Shown here one piece after another: positions 39,501 to 51,500 of a stretch of DNA of 64,000 bases (position 1 is the stretch's first letter; the number at the start of each line of letters is the position of its first letter). The notes under the pieces were generated by a model. It did not search any database. It saw nothing but the letters and a program-made list of their open reading frames with translations, and had not been told where the DNA came from. The stretch is from Phoronis australis. Taxonomy: Eukaryota; Animalia; Phoronida. The position numbers and the translations under genes are program-made. Location: positions 571,986-635,985 of the forward strand of contig NMRA01000090.1 of assembly GCA_002633005.1 (NCBI GenBank), written 5' to 3'.

Positions 39501-39689
39501 CCTTTGTTAAGGGAATACTTCAATGAATTCCTACACAGGAGGTCTGCATCAGTGTACAAGCAGCCTCTTCTTGGCGTCATGGCACGATCGGCAGCTAGGC
39601 ACTTCATCAGAACGTATGGACTAACCATTGCAGTATCGACTGCTGTATTGTTTGGAGCATATTATGTAGCTAAAGTCTACAAGGATTAA
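33597..39689 (+). CDS. GDAP1: GDAP1-like tail-anchored glutathione S-transferase, copy B (~324 aa, 5 exons)
   Basis: Exons 33597-33665, 34213-34399, 35134-35313, 37606-37833 and 39379-39689 total 975 nt in frame using the GTGAAT donor at 37834. Collinear with and highly similar to copy A, including intron flanks. Confidence 0.85.
35400..35545. mobile_element. Short GC-rich insertion specific to copy B intron 3
   Basis: Interrupts the A/B alignment between TTGGCTCCAA and AAAAAA.GGAATTG; G-runs at the left end and C-runs at the right end. Confidence 0.55.
36676..37030 (+). repeat. Degenerate ~41-44 bp minisatellite, about 8 units
   Basis: Units such as CTCTCAATTTCTGCTCAATAACGGGAGAAGATATACTGCTA, CTCTAAATTTATCCTCCATAACTTTTGACGATAGACTACTA and CTGTCTAACTCTCTGCTCAGTAGCCAACGACGAAACACTGTTA. 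Confidence 0.65.
37035..37289. mobile_element. Non-autonomous DNA transposon (MITE) with CATGCGC termini; relatives at ~57045-57295 and ~17580-17668
   Basis: Terminal inverted repeats CATGCGCGCAACC...GGGTGGGCGCATG. The 3' end TTCGAGCCCCC...GTG(C/G)GCGCATG is shared by three loci. Confidence 0.7.
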
Positions 39690-40541
39690 CGAGAAGAATT
39701 GAGGATCCATTCCAGTAACGATGGGTAGGGACGGAAAGTGATTACGTCACACCCCTATTCCAAATTGTAGACAAGCAATATGGCCGCGGTCTATTTGCCG
39801 TTGCACCTACACATTTGTTCCAACCGGCAAAATTCAGCAAAACAAAATTAAGACAAGTGGCAAGGGTTATCACCAAGATGACTTCCCCATTAAAGTGACG
39901 TCATTATTTCCGTACGACATTGTAGGCACATTCCATGTCCAGGACTTGATTGTTTTAGTGATGTTGTTTCAAGATGTATGCAGGCTAACAAATCTTTGCT
40001 TGCTTTAGTTTTCACTGCCACGTTTGCGCTTTATCCTGCTAAGGAATAATTAAACTTAGTTTGTTGGGGCAAAATAATACTCCGATTGCGAACACCGAAA
40101 TTCCGGACAGCTAAAATTGGTGGTAATTCCAAACAGAAAATAAGCGCGGGAAGGATTCCGCCGAAGAAATATAAGAGCGAATAGAAAACGGACAACAAAA
40201 CTGAAGGAATATTTATTAAAATCAAAGCATATGCAAGTCAACAGCTGTTAAGGTTTTTGTGTATTTTGTTGAACATTAATGGAATATTTTACTTGCTGCC
40301 TGATGCCTTCTTCCGTGTGTTTAGGTCACGTACGCCATTTACTCGAGTAGCGACACGCTCCGGTCCATGGGAAAATTGAAAGCTTTCGCGTAAATACTCT
40401 CTTGTTCAAATGAATTATCAATACCAATGGCTTTGTTAGACTTGTTGTAAAGCTATGAAGATGCGCAACCAGCCCCCGCCTCCACGCACGTAGTAACCTG
40501 TGGTACTGGGGAAACCAAACCTGCCTGCTTTTCAAGGCATA

Positions 40542-40545
40542 TGTT

Positions 40546-40590
<45 letters not shown>
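40542..40590. repeat. (GT)n microsatellite
   Basis: About 49 bp of GT dinucleotides with two interruptions. Confidence 0.95.
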
Positions 40591-40592
<2 letters not shown>

Positions 40593-42545
40593 AAAATGTC
40601 CACAAAATATTTTAATGACTTAGGGAAGGTGCAGAAACAAATGTGTCAGTGGTTAGCTTTTTCAGTATAAGAGAGAAATTGAAGGAATGTAGCTCTGTAC
40701 ACCACTAGAGGGGGTTAAACACAAGCCAAAGGAGTGAGATGAAATGCAATAAAGTCTCAAATGCATGAACGGGTAAATACGAATTGATAACTCACTGGTC
40801 ATCAAAATTGATCCATATGCTTGACGCCGATAGACATATTTTTAAATGAACCCTGTACAATTGTTAACAAAGTAAAAACTTTCCTCCAAAGTTAACATGT
40901 ATGTACATCCCAAAAACACAACTATGCTCATAATAAAACAGTAATTGGATGTTGTTTCTGACCACATTGACCAAGATGATGGTCAATAATGCCATATCTA
41001 AGACAACAATATCTTCGACAGAGAAATACAAAACGGAATGAAGTGAGTAAATAATATCACAATAGGTAGTATATGAAATTTCAACAAAGCACTTTAAAAT
41101 AAAGTCTGCATATCAGGCCTTCCACAATTGCGTGCATTATCTCACACGTAAGCGTTATGTCGCCATTTACATGCAAGTCGCTGGCGTCAAAAAGTGTCCA
41201 GTAATGACCTGCTCCATACATGTACAACGTAACTTATGTTGTTGAACTGCCATAGCAATACATTACTACATCATACGCTATCGCATTTGTGTTAACAAAA
41301 ACTGCCACTAACACAGTAAACACCGCATTCAAAATATTTCTGAGGCCTAAGGGCCTGCGCATACCGAAACCGTCGTATAGAAGAGTGAACATATTGCGCT
41401 ACCAAGGATACGTTCGGATGAAGATAGAGAGGTCAGCTTTATAGCTTGTAATGCTTTAGCATATTTTGTGAGGACTAACGCGAGAGAAACTAGGTTTGCG
41501 GTGCGAAGCCTACATAAGTCCCTCCCACCGTGCTGTTTTCGTACCTCCGTTCTAGGAACGAAGATGCAGGTTATATGATCGACAACGATTGTTTTTTGTT
41601 TGGTCTTGTTTAACCTGCATTTCGGTTCTGTTTAGCTGTCAGTGTTGAATTATCCGAGCCGCCAATCTTTATTTTTTTTGTATGCGCCGGCAACCCGGGT
41701 CACATGCCAGGCGTACTTGCGCCATTTTAAATAGGCAAATTTAGGGTTGACTTGAGTCCTGGACGATTTCATCATTCTTGTTGGTAACGGAAATAGAAAT
41801 CTATCACGGTAGGAAATATTACGAGACCGAGTATATTACACCTAACCCGTTTTAATTTTGTGTATCCAGGTATACATTGCGAAATACAATTACGTAGGGC
41901 TTGTTGGCAAGCCTGCATATTGAGTAAAATATCTAAAAACTACAGATTTTAACTCAGCAAAAACATAAAATTTCTGAAGGCAGAGCATGTTAAATTTGAT
42001 TTTGACTTTTTTAAATCTTGCATTGTTGGATCACATGACCACTTTGTTTTTGTAAACTACGAAAAAGTTGCATTAATTGCAAATGCTATCAACAACACGA
42101 TCAACAACTACATGTATTTGATATAAATTTCCAAGACCAGTTTTTTAAGATACATGTATCATATCGTTTTCATTCTGTACAACTTTATTTTGTTGCATGG
42201 AAATCATGAAAGTCCTACTTAATTTGGTAGGTTCTGGTGTAAAATTTAACATTTTTAAGACATCTCTGGACAGTGTTTCGGGGAAGAGTCAATAATGCAT
42301 GACACCGGAAAGTTTCAAATAAATCCGATCAGCCATTTCTGAGATATCATATGACGTTATGAAATCAGCTTAAATTTAGACAAGGGTCCAACATATCATT
42401 TTAAGTAAAAATATCCGAGCTGTGGTCCTGAGAAGAACGCGCGTTTGCCAGTGAGTGATCATGACATTGTTATTCCTCCAGTAGTATGCAGAATTATTGC
42501 ATCATCACCTTTATATCCGTTATTGTGAGATATCACTACTCTACT

Positions 42546-45500
42546 CTAGTTGTCTCCAATGGCAAGCCGCCTGTTGATCGGAGAATTAGTGTCCTGACGG
42601 TTGTCTACCGAGGTTCCAGCATGAGTGTGCACACCACCAGGGAACACTCGATTGTTGAACACATTGGCTGTTCGTTGTGGTTTCCTTCTCTTGATGTACT
42701 TATTTTTCACGTCTTCATTTCCAACACAATGGAAAAGAAAGATAAGAAGACCCTACAATTGAAAAAAGAGAATTAACAGTGAGGCCAATATTGTACAATC
42801 TCAGGCTAAATGAATACGATCGTGTTTATATGAGTCGAATAACTCATCAGACTAAACGATAACATTTGTATTCGTACCTGTCAGTTAACTGTTTTATCAT
42901 CAGAAACTTTTTAGTGCAGTTACGTCACGAAGGGAATTTCAGTGTAAAAATCTATTACCCGCCTAGGTAGTATTGCAAATACGAAAATATACTACAATAT
43001 TAGCCTCGAATGGCAGATTCAACCGTGTAATAACACATAAAGTTATCTCACTAGTGAGATAACATTTTGGCGAGAAACCGAAGCCGTTTTCGAACCCGGG
43101 CCTCAAGCGTTGCGAGTCGCCGACTTTACCACTACACCACTCAGCAGCTGACGTCATCGAACGTGAAAATAGAATACTTAAATGAGCACGCGCAACAATC
43201 GCATGTTCAGCAAAGGGCATTGCACCGACATTTATACGCTATGAAAAATAAAACGCATAATTTCCATAAAAACGATATTTTAACTCAGTGAAATTTTTCT
43301 CTTGTGTTCTCTCACGTGTAAATCACCGATCTCCAATTTGAATGCGGGTATCGTGCCGTCGGGATCCTTTGACTTGATCATTATACTCAGTTACTATTGG
43401 TAACCTACTTTAGCAGACGATATTTTCCCTGTCGAAGCTTAGCGTGATAAATGTGTAGTAAGCTATGATAGTTGCTAAGCCTTAATTTATATATTCACTT
43501 TATTTATATTTTGTTTAAAAATTTCAATAGGTTTTGAGTATAAGCATTATTTGACAAAAATAGCTCGGCTTTTCTTAAAACTAAAGGTCACAACCTCCGA
43601 CGCCGGGCCTCTGACATAGAAAGTAGTTACAAAGCCGAGGCGAGTCGAGAAAGTTAGATCGATTCATTGCAATGTTTCTCGTCGCCCCTCGGGCGATAAT
43701 CCTCCAAAATCCAGTCGGGCTCTAGATAACGGGGGATAACGACTTCGCCATGTAATAATCTATATTTATTTCAACGTGGCTATATCATGATGTCACCAGT
43801 GTCCTTGCTCTGCAGTTTCTTCACGCAGTTTGCGTTCTGTTTTAATCTTGATCCCCGTTCTTCACAATTATATCTTGTTAAGTATCCCTTGGTCGTCCCC
43901 TGTGTGTCTCTCAACAACAAGTTTCTCATCACGTGACCAATCACTTGCATCGTCCTTACTACCAGTTACATATGTCACCCTCCGATCTCTTTGCGCCCAA
44001 GTAGACGTTTATCAGATCAGAGTTTCTGTCTGTTCTTTCCAGTTCACCCATATTTCTCTATCACTCCATGTCATCCTATGTCGTGTCCGTCCACAATTTT
44101 CTGTCACTCCATGTCACTGTCTATTCTTACCTGTTACTTCATATCATTCCGCGTGGTATNATCGAGTTATTATTTCACAACAGCTACAGGGCTAGACATT
44201 AACTTTTGTTTTAACTTGTTCAGTCGGACGAGTAGAATTAAAATTTACTTGTCCTGACCTATAAAACACTTGTCCAAAGGTAATTAAAGTCAAATTATAC
44301 TTTTCAAACGCATGAATGTCGCACATTATACCTGTTAGCACAAGCTCAATAAACATAATTATGTAACAGCATACATTACACATTTAAATTATGCACAAGT
44401 TTATTAAAGTGGGTATTTGTATTTGTATTTGCATTTAACCAGTGAACACGCTACAAGTTTACCCTGGCGTTTCAATTCAGTTAAATGTTTTCTATTAGCT
44501 GCTGGGTGCGCCGTCTACTGTTTGTGACTTTTCAAAGATTTGATCCTGAACGCATACCGTACTCGTCCGCGTTACCGCCCAGGGCACTTAAGTTAGAAAT
44601 CCAAAAAACACAGGGTGGGCGGTAAGCCGAGCATGGGCGGTTAAATTCAAATTTTTTTTAAAAAGTCGGGAGTTGTTGCGTACCGCAGGGAGGACCGATT
44701 TTACCCGAACGGAGCTACATGTACATTGACGTCGGACTTCAAGCAAATCAGTTAAAATGTAGGTCGGAGGATTGAAGTAACGGACTTCGACGGCCTGCGC
44801 ACACGATACAGTGAGGTCGTGATCCTGAGCGTGATTGGGTTTTTTTACCTACCTCGGTCGCTGCTGGTCATCGCTAAGAACTAATTCCTACAAGTAGGCG
44901 TGTGTTCAGTAGGAAGAGTCTCTTGAGAGAAAAGACAGATCAATGAAGACACCGCTAGTTCGAGGTGTATTTTTAAGTGAAACACTTGATTGTGTAAAGA
45001 CTTGCTTCCCGCTGGACACTTAGGGGCGTGAAAAGTGTTATTACCTGCGTAATTGGCGAGCGTAATTTACGAAGAATAAATCCCACACCCTGCGGACTTA
45101 AAATAATACTTTGTCCATCGATAAAGTAGGACAATGGTTTGTCAGTAACCAGGCTTTTGATAAATCAACAATTTTCAGATAAACACAGAAAAATGAGGAA
45201 CCTGAACTGAGAATCGAACCACATGTATCTAGGTTGCCGGTCCAGTGCTTTTACCACTGGCCTACTGATGACCCGATATCTGTACAATTACTGTTTGCGG
45301 CCAAGACGAATTGCCGCTCATGGGATGGCTGCATTTATTTGATATATTTCAATATTGGCCAACCTCAGCGTCTATGGGTTTGGTATCACAATTCTTAGTG
45401 TTTTGAATAGTAAAAAAGGCATCCAGTTTGTGACATGTAACTTATGCAAAACACAGCATCACCAAAGATGAAGGCGGATGCATGATACATTGGCCTTGTT

Positions 45501-48500
45501 CCCCTTTAATAGTGATTTTCAAGACTACGCATTTACATGGGGAGGAGTGTGTACTGACCTGGAGAGAGTTGAGAACTGCAAAGATGTACTGGAACACCAT
45601 AGTGTTGTTATCAACCGCAAAGAAACCAAAAATCCATGTAGTCCCCAGGATAGGGAATAGAATGACTGAAGCTCTTATGGCTGACCTGAAATAGGCAGAC
45701 AAACGATGTTGTTGCTGTACTCCGCAATAATGTTGTGGATTGCTACGCATGTTCACATTGTTACCTAGTTACAACATCTTCGTAAAGGAAAGGGGAATAC
45801 GACCGATTTAACGGCATTTTGGTTAAAATGCACACACAGTTTTCTGGTTCTCCTAGACAAACTTTGAAGGTCGTCAAATTTGCCCAGAGTTCTAATTAAT
45901 TACTCATCCGTCACCCAGGAAGTGCCGTTTGCGGCGCAGATCATTGCCCGCTAGAATTGTCTACATGCGCACATCATATGCGTTATTGTGCTCGTCAACT
46001 TGTGAGAACTGAGACCGTGATTTTCCTTTCTCCGAGTCTCACCTAGGTTGCCTGGAGGTTTTTAAATACCGGAATCCCCGCACTATAAGCTAGCGCTGAG
46101 TACAGGCGTTCCGTTTAACCGACTTCCATTGACTTTACAGGATCCGTCAGAGTTGACTCCATCGTGCCAAGAACGCAACAGTACGCGGTGCGAAAGATCT
46201 CGTGTGTGAAACACATCTCTTTCCATCGGATTGCGAAAAGAGCGTGTACATGTATACGAGACCATGAAGGTACATCTAAAGCATTTTCAGAAGGACTATG
46301 CCATGGAATCTGCATTTCCCTTCTTCACTCGGTCGACACCTGCTGCGAGTACCTCTTGAAACTCAAACTCCAGCCACTGTTGTTACTCAAGGCCACGATG
46401 ATGGTATTACATGTGGTTCTAAACCGTCATAGCAGCGTCACAGACCGGCAAACATCACATTTTCCCCTGTAGCTGGTAGTGTCTCCTGCCCATAACTTAT
46501 GAGCTACCTCTCATTTTCTAGCATTGTTTTAGTCTTGTTCTAGCAACAACAATTAGATTTCACCGAGGCTACCAAGACAATACACATTGAGAATTTGCAT
46601 TAAATGCTCGAGTATATATATTTTCGAGGACTTTTTCACTCAGATCGAACGCTGTCTGAACCGCTGCGAATTCAGCCTTGGTGTTCAAAACCTCCGATCC
46701 TGCTCACGGAAGAATCAGTTTCCACTGCACCTGTCTACCATGTGTCTCTCACTTGCTCGCAAAACGTGTTCATCGACTCCAGCAATTTCTCTCAATATTG
46801 CAGTTCCTAGTTCAACGTAGGACTGTTCGATAAACTGGGAGAAGACAAATAATTACACCACCTTAAGGAAAATACTATGCAATCAACAGAGGATCGCAAT
46901 GAATCGCCACACAAACACAGATGACTGGAAATGATCTGGGCTGTACACATCAGTTTCTAAGTGTCGGATCTACTGACATAATCATTTAGATTCCAGGGAA
47001 ATTCAACCTCAAAATTTCTCTAGAGCATAACCAGAAAATTGTATTTAAACCACATTGAAGCTGAAAACGGTAATACATTAACTGTGGTTGCCCTGAAGTA
47101 TTATTTGTTTTGCGCTCTTTACAGGCATGGTGTAAGTCGGCCATTCATTTCGCTGTAGAGCCACTATGAATCAAGTACCTAGCAACGGGATAAAAGGTGT
47201 ATGATGAGAACCTTCTAAACGTTACAATGCAATTTTTCTTAGCAAACTCACACTCCGTTCTATGCCGTTGAACTTACAAACATGACAGTGATATGTAAAC
47301 CGTTTAACAATATTCTCATAAACTATTCTTACCCTGTTTTTTGAATCTTTGTTTTCTTGGAGGCTGCTTTCAGAGACAAGTAAGACTTAAGAACTATTGC
47401 CAAAACTGTCACATTGGCAATTATTATGGCGAGTGCGGGGCCAGTGAAAGCCCAAATGAAGCCGTTGCTGATCTGTAACCAGCAGCTGCAACAATATTGT
47501 TTGTGTAGATTACAAATACAAGTGTAGAGAAACAGTTTTGTTGAAAAGAAAAGTATTTATAACAGACGTCTATACCTTAAGTGTAAGCAGTGGACCTACA
47601 GCAAAACATAAGCCGATAAGAAGCCCAGAAACATCCGGACATCAAGTAATATCCACATCGCAGTTGATTATCATCGAAATAAGATGGAAACAGCGTTGTA
47701 ACTTACTATTTTTCTGTTCCATAACCGGCATAGTTGAAAGCTACGGAAATCCCAGTTATAATCAATGGTATTCCTGAAATGACACACAAAATTATGTCAC
47801 TGGAGATTCCATGCATGCGACGCGACGCAGCGGACATACTTTTCTTGACAGCATATGAACACGATTGCCGACAAGCAGGTGAATTGTTAACCAATCAGCT
47901 GCTGTTAAGCATTACTTTTGAATTCGCTCATTCGTTTCCTTTTATTGGCGACTGTATTGTTGTGATGTTGCATACTCCCCAACGTTTGAGATGTTCACTT
48001 AAGTAATCTTACCCCAGGCGGCGACGAAAAAGTAGCGTGTCCTGTTTCTCTTGGTAAACACACAGACAACTTTGAGCCACAGTTGGATGGCTTCCACCAA
48101 CATCCACATGAATGACGTCAAGAACAACAGGTGGAGCACTATAGCAATGATGCGGCATAACAGCTGAGTAAAGGGATATTGAGAATTGTTAGATACTCTC
48201 AATAAGCAAGTCATGTAAGTAACGACAAAATCCAACCAACCAACGTTAGGTCTCCTGTGTTTTCGCGAACGGTCAAGCGCATATTATGCATCACATTTAC
48301 AAACATAGATTAAAAGCTGAAGTTTATTGGGTTAACTTGTGTCCAATCCGAGACACAAGATAATTTGTAAAATTCTGTCCTTAGCCATCAATTGCGTAAA
48401 TATAATTTGGATTATCAAGTATCGAGAAGCATGTGCTCCACTTAGCTAATACGCTATACTATACGATAACTTCCACTGTGATGTAATATTGACCAGCTAG

Positions 48501-51500
48501 CCACAGAATATTATTTTTCATTCATGCCTCCGAAAATCAGATGACATCGTTCGCGATCTGACCAATCAAGAACCTTAAACATTAAACACTGGACAATAAA
48601 GCGAGCAAGTAATGTCAATACTTCAAAGCAAGAAAAAATATGTCAATCTAAAAAGAAGCGTAAAATGATAGGAAATGGACATTATTGGCTTTATAACAAA
48701 TATACCATGTTTATCAGAATCTATGGACCTCGGACGAGCAACGCTGTGTTTGGCTTCCAGCGACATTACTCTCGCTCGATACATAGGACCTGATTTACAT
48801 GTATCCCTTGGGATTGTTCAACATTTGCATATTATAAATTTCGCACCTGTGTTATCTATATTATGATCTGTATTTTATCCAAATTGTGCGTTGCCATGGT
48901 GATCGTTAATTCAATCAATAGAGTTAACGACGTCTCGCCAGAACAGATAAGTGGTGTGACAACGAGCGCGCCGGGGTCATAACACATTAATTGAACGTTT
49001 CACCAAAGACAACTGAACGAGCCCAACCAAGAAAAAAAACCTTCGGAATCTTTCGGAAACAAGTTTCAAAATGCTTTGCATGTTCGGTACAAATGGAAAG
49101 TGGTATAGTATCTAACTTTTTGACATTTTGGAGAACCGTTATGAATTTTCTTCGACACACTACTCAGTACCACAACGAGCTCACCTATTCTAAACTCGCT
49201 TCTTTTTGTGAGGATAATTCTGTTACTACTGTTTAATTACAGAAAACGTTAAACCCTGTACGCGAATAAAGATTGGCTGTACCTTATTTTCTGTTTGGTG
49301 AGTTCCTAACAGAAATACCACCTGAGCTAATAGCAAGGCCGCCGACAGATTCATAAGGATGTCGGTTCTCTCGTTCCTCAAATGCCTGAAAGTAAGCAAC
49401 GCCGTTTGACAGAAATATGACTGTGTTCCATGAAGCATTAAAAGAATATTTTGCATCACTTAATCACATTCGTTTAGCAAATCATGCGTTATGAATATAG
49501 GCCCACGTGTAACATGAAACTTACCCGAGGGATAGAAGAACAACAAACGTACAGAGAAGCCCACAGATTGACAGACCACAGCCGACGTAGGTTATGACGG
49601 AGAGAGCTACAGTGTCCGAGTAAGGAATCTGTGTAAACAGCAGAGAGGAGAGCTAAAATTGAAGGCCATTGTTTTTGTATTTAAATCTCTTTCAAATGTT
49701 TGACTAAAATACAGAGAGGCGATTTCTTGTCGTCAGCCCATATCGTCACACTATGCGTGCAAGACGATCTGTCGCTTCTTTGTTCTCTGGCATATCTGTC
49801 AAATGAAATTTAAGTGTTCTCTCGCGTGGCATTAATCAACCGAGTATTTCCATGCTGTTGCGTTTTAGTAGCACGAGGTTGTGCTTGCGAATGAGAAAGG
49901 TTAATCTGCAAGCGAAACTTCTCTGAAAATAATAGGATTTAAAAGAGAAGCTTCGGAACTCACCGAAACTTCGATGTAGTGGGAAAGGTCAGAGCGAAAC
50001 TTCGCGGAAGTTATCGGTAGAAGTCGCGGCAACGATATACAATCACGCAAGAATCGCAAAACGTGTTCTTTATTATTGTTGCGCAGCTGCATGACGTCGT
50101 GCTCTCAACAGGCACACGCAAATTTATAAATAAAGAAAACATATCCGATGAAGAATGACATATTTTTGTAAACACACAGGAAGATACCTTTCAGTTAGCC
50201 TCGAAACCACTACTTAATATTCGTTTGAGAGTACGAATGAACTGCGTCATCTGGTATCTTAGCAATATCTTCGCTATCGCCGTCTAGTGGGAAAGGTAGA
50301 AGAAGCAAGAAGAGGAAAACAAAAACGAAGCAAGAGTGCAGAATGAAAGCGACGTTTCTATAACAGGCATACATCATCCTAGCATTCGTTATACACAACA
50401 GAACAAAACATTTCGTAATAGAATGCTCACTTCACATCACAATGCAAGACATAAGATCTGTCAACTAAGGACAGCGCAACTCCAGTCTCTATGCTCAAAC
50501 ACACCTATTGAGTGACCTCTCAGCATAGAGGGCTTGTGCATTGTATGTGAAAAGCCTCATGGATTAAGAGTTTGACAGATTGTTCCAGGAAACCATATAG
50601 TTTGGCCAGTGGTGATGGAATGAATTTTTCTTTGGCATGGCCATTCGAATTTTGCACCAAGGACCTGATGCAGACAAGGAGGATGTCCACTTTGTCATGC
50701 GTAGTCATTCTATTAACACTGGCCACATTATAGGATTTCCGGAGGTATAGGATCGTGATCATGACAATAACTGTGCCATACCTGGTCTATATATAATCCG
50801 TGAGGTTAGAGAATACGGGCTGGTGTTGTGGTAGAGTACTTAAATGACAGATCTTATATCAGGCACTGTGATGTGAGATGATCATTTTGTTACGATATGT
50901 TTCACTCTATTCTGCTCACTTTTGTTTTCATGCTACACTCTGGCGTCAGTTTTGTTTACAACATCTTCGCTTTAATTACGCATGCCTGCTGAGCATGTGA
51001 CAAGAGAAAGAGGAATGCTTCATTGAAAAGGGTTAATACAGGACCAACCTCGAAGTTGACGGTCTGCATCAGGATTGCAAAGTTTGTCAGGTGATTGCAG
51101 ATGCACCGTGTGTATGAGTTATTCGTCGTCTCCACCCTACAACCATGAGTTGACCAGGAAGTCGTGTTGGTGAATCTGAGGTATACAGTAGACTAATTAG
51201 CTTGGCAATTCTGACTTGTAAAATACTACTCCTTGAAGGAAGTCATTTTCATTAAAGCATTTAAAACTCGACTTTTCTAGACTACGGGAGACAGTCCTGT
51301 TTAAGGAGTAATATTAAATTTTCAAATCATCAGCAGCTATGACGCCAGGGCAAAATTACAAGACATACTCCACAGGTCCTGTTGAATTCGTGAAATTACT
51401 TACTCGGCCGAAAAATTCCAAAATCCACAAATCGGATCAGTCCTGTTGTCAACCTACAAGTAGAGTAAACCCCAAGGATTTGCACGTGAAATGCTGAATA

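Noticed and set aside
43078-43146. Functional tRNA gene (also 45198-45268)
   Set aside because: A and B boxes are present, but the acceptor and anticodon stems are imperfect and the sequences are embedded in repeat-like insertions
44160-44160. Single N base
   Set aside because: Assembly ambiguity with no biological signal; it does sit next to the end of the inverted homology, so the local assembly deserves a check
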